A stretch of 24,757 nt of DNA from a virus (lineage: Duplodnaviria; Caudoviricetes): positions 1-24,757 of the IMG/VR virus record IMGVR_UViG_3300030095_002321. One strand, given 5' to 3'. Both the position numbers and the translations under genes were made by a program. The notes under the pieces are model-generated. The model had not been told where the DNA came from. It ran no database searches and saw nothing but the letters and a program-made list of their open reading frames with translations. Positions 1 through 9,587 of this stretch are shown here, one piece after another. Positions within the stretch are counted from its first letter, which is position 1. Each line of letters starts with the position of its first letter.

Positions 1-1218
1 AGCACTTCAAATGCTTTAGATAAAGGTGGAGACAACTTCAAAAAATTATACCATGCTTCTGACGTTGCTAAAAGAAATAGAAACGGACAAACATCTTCTG
101 GGCTCTATAGCCTGTTCATTCCTATGGAATGGAACTACGAGGGATTCATCAATACTTATGGATTACCTGTCTTCATTGGAAGCAAAACTCCAATCAAAGG
201 AATTGATGGTTATGAAATTACAACAGGAGTTATTGAACACTGGGAAAACGAAGTCGACGGTTTAAAATCTGATCAAGATAGTTTAAACGAATATTATAGA
301 CAATTTCCTCGTACTGAACAACACGCTTTTAGAGATGAGACAAAAGCATCTTTATTTAACTTAACTAAAATCTACCAACAAATAGATTATAATGAAGAAT
401 TAAACAATAAAGCTTCTGTTACTCAAGGTAGTTTTCAATGGATTAATGGGGTAAAAGATACTAAAGTAGAATTCTACCCTAGTAAAGAAGGTAGATTTCA
501 AATAAGCTGGGTGCCACCTAAAAATCTACAAAATAGGGTAATTATAAAAAATGGATCTAAATATCCTGGTAATGAACACATTGGAGCTTTTGGTTGCGAT
601 AGCTATGATATATCAGGAACTGTTGATGGCAAAGGATCTAATGGAGCATTGCATGGTTTGACAAAGTTTTCTATGGAAGATGCACCGCCAAACCATTTCT
701 TTTTAGAATACATATCAAGGCCACAAACAGCTGAAATATTTTTTGAAGATATATTAATGGCTTGTGCTTTTTATGGTATGCCAATACTAGCTGAAAATAA
801 TAAACCTAGATTATTATATTATTTTAAGCGAAGAGGTTATAGAGGTTTTTCAATAAATCGTCCTGATAAAATTTGGAATAAACTTTCTACAACTGAAAAA
901 GAAATAGGTGGAATACCTAATTCAAGTGAAGACATTAAACAAGCACATGCTGCTGCTATTGAGCATTATATAGAAAACTACATAGGATTGGTAAATGACA
1001 CTTATGGAGACATGTACCATCAAAAAACATTAGAAGACTGGGCTAAGTTTAATATTAACAATAGAACAAAGCACGATGCTTCAATTAGCTCAGGTTTAGC
1101 TATAATGGCTTGTAATAAAAATAAATATAGACCAGTAGCTACAAGAACTAAAAAAGATTTTAATTTAGGTTTTAAAAGATATGATAACAAGGGAAATATT
1201 TCACAAATAATAAAATAA
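1..1218 (+). CDS. terL: Terminase large subunit, C-terminal part (5'-truncated by window edge)
   Basis: Frame is open from base 1 (STSNALDKGGDNFKKLY...GLYSLFIPMEW), so ATG 124 is internal. STSN resembles the ATPase coupling motif. RNase H-like nuclease motifs FGCDSYD, LAENN and HDASISSGLA. Directly upstream of the portal. Confidence 0.88.
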   Translation, partial: STSNALDKGGDNFKKLYHASDVAKRNRNGQTSSGLYSLFIPMEWNYEGFINTYGLPVFIGSKTPIKGIDGYEITTGVIEHWENEVDGLKSDQDSLNEYYRQFPRTEQHAFRDETKASLFNLTKIYQQIDYNEELNNKASVTQGSFQWINGVKDTKVEFYPSKEGRFQISWVPPKNLQNRVIIKNGSKYPGNEHIGAFGCDSYDISGTVDGKGSNGALHGLTKFSMEDAPPNHFFLEYISRPQTAEIFFEDILMACAFYGMPILAENNKPRLLYYFKRRGYRGFSINRPDKIWNKLSTTEKEIGGIPNSSEDIKQAHAAAIEHYIENYIGLVNDTYGDMYHQKTLEDWAKFNINNRTKHDASISSGLAIMACNKNKYRPVATRTKKDFNLGFKRYDNKGNISQIIK

Positions 1219-3624
1219 ATGCAGATAAACAGTAATCCTAATAGCATATTCCCGGATCAGGTAGTACCTGATGCAGAAAAAGCAACTATGGAATATGGCT
1301 TGCAAGTAGGTAGAGCTGTAGAAGGTGAATGGTTTTCAGGATCTAGATACGGGGTTTACAGATTTTCAAGTAACTATAATAACTTTCACAACTTAAGATT
1401 ATATGCTAGAGGTGAACAACCTGTACAAAAGTATAAAGATGAACTAGCTATAAATGGTGATTTATCTTATTTAAATTTAGACTGGAAACCCGTGCCAGTT
1501 ATATCTAAGTTCGTAGACATAGTGGTAAATGGTATGTCTCAAAAATCTTATGAAGTAAAAGCATTTGCTCAAGATCCTGAATCTTTAAAAGCAAGAACTA
1601 AATATGCTGAAGAGTTAAACATGGATATTCAGCAAAAAGAATTGCAGCAGTCTATATTGCAAAGTACTGGTATTGATTTAAGTAGTACTCAAGGAAGGAA
1701 TTTAAATATTGAAAACGAGCAAGAGTTAGAAGTTCACATGCAAATGGACTATAAGCAGTCTGTAGAAGTAGCAGAAGAAGAAGTTATTAACAATATACTT
1801 GATTTTAATAAATATGAACTAACTAAAAGAAGATTTAATTATGATTTAACCGTATTGGGAATTGCAGCTGTCAAAACTGATTTTAACCTGTCTGAAGGAG
1901 TTACTATAGATTATGTAGATCCAGCTAATTTAGTTTATTCATACACTGAAGATCCAAATTTTGAAGATATATATTATGTGGGTGAAGTTAAGTCTATTAG
2001 CTTGCCAGAACTTAAAAAAGAGTTTTCTTATTTAACAGATTCTGAATTAGAAGAAATACAAAAATACACAGGTAACGAAAATTACTTACGTAATTGGAAT
2101 GGTAGAAATGATAATCAAACTATTCAAGTTTTATATTTTGAATACAAAACATACGCAAATCAAGTATTTAAAATAAAGAAAAATGAAAACGGCTTTGAAA
2201 AAGCTTTAGAAAAATCTGATACATTTGATCCGCCTAAAAACGATAACTTTAAAAAAGTATTTAGATCAATTGAAGTTTTATATTCAGGAGCTAAAATATT
2301 AGGTCATAACAAAATGCTTAAGTGGGAACTAGCAAAAAGTATGACTAGACCAGAAGCAGATACTACTAAAGTTAATATGAATTACAATATTGTTGCTCCT
2401 AGGATGTACAAAGGACGTATACAATCACTAGTATCTCGTATTACTGGTTTTGCCGATATGATACAGCTAACACATTTAAAACTACAACAAGTTATGTCTA
2501 GAATAGTACCTGACGGTGTTTATTTAGATATGGATGGTTTAGCGGAAGTTGACCTTGGTAATGGTACTAACTATAATCCAGCCGAAGCTTTAAATATGTA
2601 TTTCCAAACAGGTTCTATTGTTGGTAGGTCACTTACTCAAGATGGTGATCCAAATATGGGTAAAGTTCCTATTCAAGAACTGCAATCATCTTCAGGTCAA
2701 GGTAAAATTGGGGCTTTAATTAATACTTATCAGTATTACTTACAAATGATTAGGGATGTAACTGGGTTAAATGAAGCAAGAGACGGTAGCCAACCAGATA
2801 GAGACGCTTTAGTAGGATTACAAAAAATGGCGGCTAATGCCTCAAACACAGCTACTAAACATTTAATGCAAGCAAGTTTATATTTAACTCTTAGAACATG
2901 TGAAAACATATCTCTTAGAGTTGCTGATGCTTTAGCTTTTCCTTTAACTAAAAACGCTTTAGAAGGAAGTATATCTAGTTACAACGTAGGAACATTAGAA
3001 GAATTAAGCAAATTAAACCTTCATGATTTTGGAATATTTATAGAACTAGAACCAGATGAAGAAGATAAGCAAGTATTAGAACAAAATATTCAAATAGCTT
3101 TAAAAGGTGGTCAAATAAACTTAGAAGATGCTATAGACATTAGGGAAGTTAATAATTTAAAATTAGCTAATCAAATGTTAAAACAAAGAAGAAAGCAAAA
3201 GCAAAAGCAGGATCAAGCTGCCGCTCAAGCTAATATTCAAGCTCAAGCTGCTGCTAATGCTCAAACTGCTGAAAAAGCAGCTATGAATGAAGTTCAAAAA
3301 CAGCAAGCGGTTGCTGAAACTAAAATACAGATAGAACAATCTAAAATTCAATTAGAAATACAAAAAATGCAAGAAGAAGCCCAAATTAAAAGACAGTTAA
3401 TGGAAGTTGAATTTGGTTATAATATGCAACTTGCGCAAGCTACAGCTCAAAGAGAAACCATGAGAGAAGCTGAAATTGAAGATAGAAAAGATAAAAGAAC
3501 TAGAATACAGGCTACACAACAAAGCCAAATGATAGATCAAAGAAAAAATGATTTATTACCAACAGATTTTGAGTCCTCAAATAATACATTAGGAGGACTT
3601 GGATTAGGGGAGATTACTCCTTAA
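1219..3624 (+). CDS. Portal protein (801 aa) with long C-terminal Q/A/E/K-rich coiled coil (P22-like barrel)
   Basis: Starts directly after the terL stop (TAA ATG). Motifs LDWKPVPVISKFVDIVVNG and IRDVTGLNEARDG, size, and a helical C-terminal tail are typical of podovirus/crAss-like portals. Confidence 0.85.
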   Translation: MQINSNPNSIFPDQVVPDAEKATMEYGLQVGRAVEGEWFSGSRYGVYRFSSNYNNFHNLRLYARGEQPVQKYKDELAINGDLSYLNLDWKPVPVISKFVDIVVNGMSQKSYEVKAFAQDPESLKARTKYAEELNMDIQQKELQQSILQSTGIDLSSTQGRNLNIENEQELEVHMQMDYKQSVEVAEEEVINNILDFNKYELTKRRFNYDLTVLGIAAVKTDFNLSEGVTIDYVDPANLVYSYTEDPNFEDIYYVGEVKSISLPELKKEFSYLTDSELEEIQKYTGNENYLRNWNGRNDNQTIQVLYFEYKTYANQVFKIKKNENGFEKALEKSDTFDPPKNDNFKKVFRSIEVLYSGAKILGHNKMLKWELAKSMTRPEADTTKVNMNYNIVAPRMYKGRIQSLVSRITGFADMIQLTHLKLQQVMSRIVPDGVYLDMDGLAEVDLGNGTNYNPAEALNMYFQTGSIVGRSLTQDGDPNMGKVPIQELQSSSGQGKIGALINTYQYYLQMIRDVTGLNEARDGSQPDRDALVGLQKMAANASNTATKHLMQASLYLTLRTCENISLRVADALAFPLTKNALEGSISSYNVGTLEELSKLNLHDFGIFIELEPDEEDKQVLEQNIQIALKGGQINLEDAIDIREVNNLKLANQMLKQRRKQKQKQDQAAAQANIQAQAAANAQTAEKAAMNEVQKQQAVAETKIQIEQSKIQLEIQKMQEEAQIKRQLMEVEFGYNMQLAQATAQRETMREAEIEDRKDKRTRIQATQQSQMIDQRKNDLLPTDFESSNNTLGGLGLGEITP

Positions 3625-3632
3625 TATTTTTA

Positions 3633-3654
3633 TTAATTATTATATTATATTATG
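3633..3654 (+). promoter_or_regulatory. TTAATTATT(ATATT)2ATG leader motif, copy 1
   Basis: Near-identical to 6830-6856. Both copies end at a start codon. Confidence 0.5.
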
Positions 3655-4815
3655 TCAGAAACAATTCAAGATAAAGAAAAAAAGCCTTTAAAAGTAAAGG
3701 TTAAAAAACCAACTTTAAAAACAAAAGAAAACAAATTACACAAAGTTGATTTAACAAAAAAAGAAGAAGAAAAAAAAGACGCCGTTCAAGAACAAAAGCC
3801 AGATGATAGCAATGCTACTATCGAAAGACCAGAAAACAAAACAAGTAGCGAAAAAGTGGTTGAAGAAGTACGGTCCACCGAAAAAGAAAAAGTAACTTCT
3901 CCAATATCTGAAATAACAGAAGAAGATATTAAAGAAGAAGTAAAAGAAACAACTAAAGAGTTAAAAGAAGCAGTTAGGGATGAAAAAGTATTAGGTAAAC
4001 AACTACCTGAAAACATCGAGAAACTAGTTTCATTTATGGAAGAAACAGGTGGTACAATAGAAGATTATACAAGGTTAAATGCAGATTACTCTAATATAGA
4101 TAACACTGCTTTGCTTAAAGAATATTATAAAAAAACTAAACCACATCTCAATCAAGAGGAAATTAACTTTGTTTTAGAAGATAATTTTTCATATGATGAA
4201 GATTTGGATGAAGAGCGAGACATAAAGAAAAAGAAACTTGCTCACAAAGAAGAAATTGCCAAAGCCCGAAAGTTTTTGGAAGAAACGAAGAGTAAATACT
4301 ACGATGAAATCAAGTTGAGGCCAGGAGTAACTCAGGAACAACAAAAAGCGATGGACTTTTTCAATAGATATAACGAAGAACAAAAAGTAGTTAGTCAACA
4401 ACACGATGCATTTAAGCAGAATACTAATAAATTTTTTACTGAAGAATTCAAAGGTTTTGATTTTAGTCTTGGTGAAAAAAAATTTAGATATGGAGTTTCA
4501 GATGCTAATGAAGTTGCTGATAAGCAGTCTAATTTATCAAATTTCGTAGGGAAGTTCCTTGACGATAACGGTAATGTTAAAGATTATAAAGGTTATCATA
4601 AAGCTATTTTTACAGCTCAGAACGCTGATACAATTGCTAATCATTTTTACGAGCAAGGCAAGGCCGATGCTGTTAAAGATGTAATGGCTAAATCTAAAAA
4701 TATAAGTAATGAAGCTAGAAGTGCTGCTTCTGGTGATATTTTTATTGGTGGATTTAAAGTAAAAGCTATATCTGGTGCTGATAATTCTAAGTTAAAAATA
4801 AAAAGTAAAAAATAA
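3652..4815 (+). CDS. Probable capsid scaffolding protein (387 aa)
   Basis: Lies between portal and MCP. Highly charged E/K-rich low-complexity N-terminus, helical core, basic C-terminus (KLKIKSKK). Confidence 0.65.
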   Translation: MSETIQDKEKKPLKVKVKKPTLKTKENKLHKVDLTKKEEEKKDAVQEQKPDDSNATIERPENKTSSEKVVEEVRSTEKEKVTSPISEITEEDIKEEVKETTKELKEAVRDEKVLGKQLPENIEKLVSFMEETGGTIEDYTRLNADYSNIDNTALLKEYYKKTKPHLNQEEINFVLEDNFSYDEDLDEERDIKKKKLAHKEEIAKARKFLEETKSKYYDEIKLRPGVTQEQQKAMDFFNRYNEEQKVVSQQHDAFKQNTNKFFTEEFKGFDFSLGEKKFRYGVSDANEVADKQSNLSNFVGKFLDDNGNVKDYKGYHKAIFTAQNADTIANHFYEQGKADAVKDVMAKSKNISNEARSAASGDIFIGGFKVKAISGADNSKLKIKSKK

Positions 4816-4837
4816 AAAATAAATAAAAATATAAACT

Positions 4838-6361
4838 ATGAGTTTTGTAACTGGTGGGAGTTTTCCTGCCTCAATTAAACCTGCTCAGTCAAAAATGGCC
4901 CTTAACGAAAATTACCTGGATTTTACAGGTGCAGCTGGGGGTAATTTTGCACAGCAGTACTTACCTGAGCTTTATGAAGCAGAGGTAGAAAGATACGGAA
5001 ACCGAACTATTGGAGGTTTCTTGAGAATGGTTGGCGCTGAAATGCCAATGACATCTGACCAAGTTGTTTGGTCTGAACAAAATAGATTAAACATCGCTTA
5101 TAAAGCTGTAACACTTACTAATGCTGGAGCTGGTGCAAATATCACAGGTACTATTACTTTAACTGATATTGGTACTGCTGGTCAAGCTGCTAAAGGAGCT
5201 TTAAGAGTTGGTCAAACAGTTTTAATTTCTGATGCTGCTACTGGTTTAGTAACTAGAAAAGCATTAATTCAAACTGCTACTAACCCTGCTACTACTAACG
5301 ATGTGTTTACAATAATCTTTTACGGTGGTGGTGCTATTCCAACAGCTTTAACTGGAGCTGGTGCTTGTAATCTATTTGTATATGGTTCTGATTTTGCTAA
5401 AGGATCTGTTGGTATGGATGGTTCTATTGAGCCTTCTTTTACTCAGTTTTCAAATTCACCTTTAATCTTAAAAGACAGCTACACTATTAATGGTTCTGAT
5501 GCTGCTCAAATTGGTTGGGTTGAAGTTGCTACTGAAGACGGTCAAGCTGGATACTTATGGTATTTAAAAGCTGAATCTGAAACTAGACTTAGATTTGAAG
5601 ATTCATTAGAAATGTCTATGGTTGAAGCTCAATTTATGGATCCTACAGATGTTTATAACGCTGCTAACCCTGATTACCAATTTGGTGGTTCAGGAGCTGC
5701 TCCTGGAGCTGCTATAGCTAACAACGGTATAAAAGGTTCTGAAGGTTTATTTGCTGCTATCGAAGCAAGAGGTAATGTATACTCTGGATTTGCTGGTGCT
5801 GCTGCTGCTGGTTCAGGTGCAATGGGAGATTTTGATGAAATACTCAAAAACTTAGACAAGCAAGGTGCTATTGAAGAAAACATGTTATTTTTATCTAGAG
5901 CTACTGCTCTTGATTTTGATGATATGGTTGCTGCAATGAACGGATCTTACGCTTCTACAGCTGCTGCTTCTTACGGTCTTTTTGATAATGACGGTGATAT
6001 GGCATTAAACTTTGGATTTTCTGGTTTTAGAAGAGGTTCTTATGACTTCTATAAAACTGACTGGAAATACTTAAATGATGCTACTACTAGAGGATTAGAC
6101 AAAGAGATTGATGGTGTATTGGTTCCTGCTGGAACAACTACAGTATACGATCAAATGTTAGGTTCTAATATTAGACGTCCTTTCTTACACGTGAGATATA
6201 GAGCTTCTGAAACTGAAGATAGAAGAATGAAATCTTGGATCACTGGATCTGTAGGTGGAGCTTATACTTCTGACTTAGATGCAATGACTGTAAACTTCTT
6301 ATCTGAAAGATGTTTAGTAACTCAAGCTGCTAATAACTTCGTGTTATTCAAAGGAGCATAA
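4838..6361 (+). CDS. Major capsid protein (507 aa)
   Basis: Position after the scaffold. Motifs QQYLPELYEAEVERYGNRT, GSEGLFAAIEARGN, FGFSGFRRGSYDFYKTDWKYLND and FLSERCLVTQAANNF recalled from Bacteroidota-phage MCPs. Strong GCT/GGT/ACT codon bias typical of high expression. Terminator one gene downstream. Confidence 0.85.
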   Translation: MSFVTGGSFPASIKPAQSKMALNENYLDFTGAAGGNFAQQYLPELYEAEVERYGNRTIGGFLRMVGAEMPMTSDQVVWSEQNRLNIAYKAVTLTNAGAGANITGTITLTDIGTAGQAAKGALRVGQTVLISDAATGLVTRKALIQTATNPATTNDVFTIIFYGGGAIPTALTGAGACNLFVYGSDFAKGSVGMDGSIEPSFTQFSNSPLILKDSYTINGSDAAQIGWVEVATEDGQAGYLWYLKAESETRLRFEDSLEMSMVEAQFMDPTDVYNAANPDYQFGGSGAAPGAAIANNGIKGSEGLFAAIEARGNVYSGFAGAAAAGSGAMGDFDEILKNLDKQGAIEENMLFLSRATALDFDDMVAAMNGSYASTAAASYGLFDNDGDMALNFGFSGFRRGSYDFYKTDWKYLNDATTRGLDKEIDGVLVPAGTTTVYDQMLGSNIRRPFLHVRYRASETEDRRMKSWITGSVGGAYTSDLDAMTVNFLSERCLVTQAANNFVLFKGA

Positions 6362-6392
6362 TTAATTATTAACATTTAAAAGAATAGAAATT

Positions 6393-6791
6393 ATGGGATA
6401 TTTAAAATTATCTAACGGTGCAAGTAACAAAGTTCTTGTAAACTGTGACAACATGGTAGAAGTAGTTGCTGTTATTACAGGCAGTGGTGCTACAGCTGCA
6501 GCGACAGTAGATATTACTTACGGTATTGTTGCCGGATCAGGTGGCGCTGCTGATGAAGCAGTGTTACTTAAAACAGCTGTTACTTATGCTGTTCCTGGAA
6601 CAAGCAACGAGTATTCTTTTACTGAAGCTGAACTTGAGTCTGCGTGGCTCGATGCTTTAGTAAAGATGTCCGGAGCTTCTGGATCAATAGTAGAAGGACC
6701 TCAGTTTTTTCACAAAGTTACAGCAACTGGCGCTGATTTAGGCGCTGTTGTTCCAACTATTGTTATTAAACATGGTGCTCAATTAGCATAA
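6393..6791 (+). CDS. Small Ala/Val/Gly/Thr-rich protein (132 aa), possible capsid decoration/auxiliary protein
   Basis: Between MCP and the strong terminator. Beta-rich composition and an A-rich leader. Function inferred from position only. Confidence 0.5.
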   Translation: MGYLKLSNGASNKVLVNCDNMVEVVAVITGSGATAAATVDITYGIVAGSGGAADEAVLLKTAVTYAVPGTSNEYSFTEAELESAWLDALVKMSGASGSIVEGPQFFHKVTATGADLGAVVPTIVIKHGAQLA

Positions 6792-6803
6792 CATGCTTAT
6801 AAT

Positions 6804-6831
6804 AAGATCCCGCTTCGGCGGGGTCTTTTTT
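6804..6831 (+). terminator. Rho-independent terminator with C(UUCG)G tetraloop
   Basis: AAGATCCCGC-TTCG-GCGGGGTCTT forms a 10-bp stem (one G-U), followed by a T run at 6826-6831. Ends the capsid operon. Confidence 0.9.
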
Positions 6832-6856
6832 AATTATTATATTATATTATATTATG
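6830..6856 (+). promoter_or_regulatory. TTAATTATT(ATATT)3ATG leader motif, copy 2
   Basis: Same as 3633-3654 with one extra ATATT unit. Spans from the terminator U-tract to ATG 6854. Confidence 0.5.
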
Positions 6857-7651
6857 GAAACAAAAGAAAAGAAAAAGCCTGCGGCTAAAGCCACAGCAAC
6901 TCCTGAAGTAAAAAAAGATACTTGGGAGTATAAAGATAGAAATTATTATTTACTGCACGGTAAAGAACCTTTAACGTACACTTTAATTAGTAGGCATTCT
7001 AAAAGATACCCTTGTGTTTGGTTTGACAAAGATAAAGGTTATGAAAGAGAGTTAAGATACGCTACAAATCAAAAGTCAATATTTGTAGATGAACAAAAAG
7101 GTAATGTTACTCTAGCTCATGTAGTATTTGAAAAGGGTCATTTATTTGTACCTAAAGAAAAAAGAAATTTACAAGAATTTTTAGCGCATCATCCTCATTT
7201 TAATTTATTATTTACAGAACACGATGCTGTTGTAGAAGCTGCAGATGATTATGATTTATTAAAACTAGAAATGGAAGCGATGAACGCTGCGGTTGGAATA
7301 GATGTAGATCAAGCAGAAGCTATAATGAGAGTTGAATTAGGAACTCAAGTGAATAAATTAAGTTCTAAAGAGCTAAAAAGAGATGTTTTAATATTTGCTA
7401 AAAGAAATCCTAAATTATTTTTAGATTTAGTAAATGATGAAAACGTTGTATTAAGAAACTTTGCTATTACAGCAAGAGAAGCTAATATAATAAGTTTATC
7501 TCAAGATCAAAGAACATTTACTTGGGCTAGCAATGGTCGAAAGCTAATGAATGTACCTTTTGATGAAAACCCATATTCAGCTATGGCTGCATGGTTTAAA
7601 ACAGATGAAGGACTTGATGTTTATAAATCTATCGAGAAAAAATTTAAATAA
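6854..7651 (+). CDS. Conserved phage hypothetical protein, probably virion-associated (265 aa)
   Basis: Clean ORF flanked by two terminators inside the structural module. No catalytic motif recognised. Confidence 0.6.
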   Translation: METKEKKKPAAKATATPEVKKDTWEYKDRNYYLLHGKEPLTYTLISRHSKRYPCVWFDKDKGYERELRYATNQKSIFVDEQKGNVTLAHVVFEKGHLFVPKEKRNLQEFLAHHPHFNLLFTEHDAVVEAADDYDLLKLEMEAMNAAVGIDVDQAEAIMRVELGTQVNKLSSKELKRDVLIFAKRNPKLFLDLVNDENVVLRNFAITAREANIISLSQDQRTFTWASNGRKLMNVPFDENPYSAMAAWFKTDEGLDVYKSIEKKFK

Positions 7652-7665
7652 CAAGTGACTATAAT
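7647..7665 (+). promoter_or_regulatory. AATAACAAGTGA motif copy 1 followed by CTATAAT (candidate phage promoter)
   Basis: Identical 12-mer at 13015-13026. Both copies overlap a TAA stop and extend into an intergenic gap. Confidence 0.4.
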
Positions 7666-7666
7666 T

Positions 7667-7697
7667 AAGGGTGGTTTTATCGCCACCCTTTTTTTTT
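7667..7697 (+). terminator. Rho-independent terminator
   Basis: AAGGGTGG-TTTTATCG-CCACCCTT forms an 8-bp stem, followed by T9 (7689-7697). Confidence 0.8.
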
Positions 7698-7709
7698 AAA
7701 AAAATTAAA

Positions 7710-8459
7710 ATGGCAATAAACGTAAATACGGTATATACCACAGTTTTAAATATTCTTAATAAAGAACAAAGAGGATATTTAACACCTGATGAGTTTAATA
7801 AAATAGCTACTCAAGTTCAATTAGAGATATTTGAAAAGTTTTTTGAGGATTATAATCAATATATACGTATGCCAAAAACAGATGTAGAGTTTGCATCTAG
7901 GATGGATCATATAATGGAAGAGTTTCAAGTGTTTGAAAAAACTGAGTTTGCAGATAACACAACTCCTCCAACATCTAATGTTTATGACCAACCAACAGAT
8001 TTACATAGATTTGGATCTGCTTCTTGGAACAAAGGCACAAATTCACCTCCAATAGAAATATTAAGTAATAGAGATTACAATAAAGTAAAACTTTCTCCTT
8101 TAACTCGACCTACAAATAACTTTCCTGTCGCTAAATATCAACAAGACAAATTAACCGTATTTCCAAGTCCAACTATTTTTGTTAATACAGATGTTACTTT
8201 TAACTATATTAGAAAACCACTAGACGTAGTTTGGGCATATAGTGTAGGGTCATTAGGACAATATGTATATGAACCTACTAGTACAGGCGCTGGTATTATT
8301 CCAACTACTGGATCTGTTAATTTTGAAATAAGCGAAAGTCAACAAACTGAAGTTGTATTAGAAATATTAAAATATTCTGGTATAGTTATAAGAGATCCAC
8401 AAATAATTCAAGCAGCATCACAAGAGCTAGCTCAAGAAGAAGTAAATTCAAAAAGATAA
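7710..8459 (+). CDS. Probable head-tail adaptor/ring (gatekeeper-like) protein (249 aa)
   Basis: Start reassigned to ATG 7710 (MAINVNTVY...) because the track's GTG 7671 lies inside the terminator hairpin. LNKEQRGYLTPDEFN and YIRKP motifs and position resemble crAss-like ring proteins. Confidence 0.6.
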   Translation: MAINVNTVYTTVLNILNKEQRGYLTPDEFNKIATQVQLEIFEKFFEDYNQYIRMPKTDVEFASRMDHIMEEFQVFEKTEFADNTTPPTSNVYDQPTDLHRFGSASWNKGTNSPPIEILSNRDYNKVKLSPLTRPTNNFPVAKYQQDKLTVFPSPTIFVNTDVTFNYIRKPLDVVWAYSVGSLGQYVYEPTSTGAGIIPTTGSVNFEISESQQTEVVLEILKYSGIVIRDPQIIQAASQELAQEEVNSKR

Positions 8460-8462
8460 AAA

Positions 8463-9584
8463 ATGGGATTAATAAACGAAACTAACGCTCAATACTATGC
8501 TGGTCAGCAAGCTTTTACTAATTCTGTAAACACTTTATACACTTGGACGGGTAATACTTCATTGGTTACTTCTCCAAAGCTTAATTTTAAAGTTTTAAAA
8601 AACGGCGTTGAATTAACATTGACTACAGATTATAAGGTCACTGGAAACGAAGTAACTTTAATAGTTACCCCGGTTTTAACCGATGTGATAGTTATACAGT
8701 TGTTAGAGCAGTCCATTTGGGATAACTATGGAAGTTACGCGTATATTGATTTAACAGACATAGTAAATAACTTTATGGTTGCTTATGTAGGTATGGATAA
8801 ATTAATACCAAGAGCTAAGAGGTCTGATGTTATATTCCACGCTAAAAGAGGTTTACAAGAATTTAGCTATGACACTTTAAAATCTGTTAAATCACAGGAA
8901 CTTACTATTCCACCAAGTTTATCTTTAGCAATTCCACAAGACTATGTTAACTATGTTCAATTGTCTTGGGTTGACTCATCTGGTGTTAAACATATTATAT
9001 ATCCAACAAGATTAACTAGTAACCCAACACAGCCTTTATTACAAAACGTAGACGGAACACCAGAGCAAGATAACGATGGAGAAAACTTAGAATCTCAACA
9101 AGCTGTTACTAACGAAAGATGGGCTGGAAATGATAATTTAAATATCACAGGACAACTAACTGATCAATTATTTCAAAACGCGGATGTATATGATCTTTCT
9201 TTTGCTAAAATAGCTTATGGGCAAAGATATGGATTAGAACCTGAAGTTTCTCAAAAAAATGGTTGGTTTACTATAGATGAAAGAGAAGGTAAGTTTAGTT
9301 TTTCAAGTAGCTTAGCTAATGAATTAATAATATTAGAATACATATCAGACGGTCTTGCTTATGACATGGATAGCAAAATACCTAAAATGGCTGAGCAAGC
9401 TATATATATGCATATAGCGTATAGCATATTATCTAGTAAAATTAACATACCAGAATACATTGTTCAAAGGTTTAAAAAAGATAGAAGAGCTCAATTAAGA
9501 AACGCTAAAATAAGATTAAGTAATATAAAGCTAGAAGAATTTACACAAGTAATGAGAGGTAAATCTAAGTGGATTAAACATTAA
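8463..9584 (+). CDS. Probable second ring/tail-tube adaptor protein (373 aa)
   Basis: Motifs VIFHAKRGLQEFSYD, IPQDYVNYV and ILEYISDGL are of the tubular protein A/P22 gp4-like type. Located just before the nozzle gene. Confidence 0.55.
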   Translation: MGLINETNAQYYAGQQAFTNSVNTLYTWTGNTSLVTSPKLNFKVLKNGVELTLTTDYKVTGNEVTLIVTPVLTDVIVIQLLEQSIWDNYGSYAYIDLTDIVNNFMVAYVGMDKLIPRAKRSDVIFHAKRGLQEFSYDTLKSVKSQELTIPPSLSLAIPQDYVNYVQLSWVDSSGVKHIIYPTRLTSNPTQPLLQNVDGTPEQDNDGENLESQQAVTNERWAGNDNLNITGQLTDQLFQNADVYDLSFAKIAYGQRYGLEPEVSQKNGWFTIDEREGKFSFSSSLANELIILEYISDGLAYDMDSKIPKMAEQAIYMHIAYSILSSKINIPEYIVQRFKKDRRAQLRNAKIRLSNIKLEEFTQVMRGKSKWIKH

Positions 9585-9587
9585 TAC

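Noticed and set aside
26-265. 79-aa + strand ORF in the track
   Set aside because: Out-of-frame overlap with terL, whose frame is open from base 1. No independent support.
3180-3480. CAA/GCT-rich quasi-repeats at the portal 3' end
   Set aside because: Explained by the Gln/Ala-rich coiled-coil coding sequence, not a DNA-level repeat.
6804-7697. Hairpins as N4-type ssDNA hairpin promoters or structured ncRNA
   Set aside because: Both follow stop codons and have 3' U-tracts, so intrinsic terminators are the simpler explanation.
7671-7709. GTG start and MVLSPPFFFKKIK extension of the 262-aa ORF
   Set aside because: It is the translated terminator hairpin and T/A runs. ATG 7710 has a typical A-rich leader.
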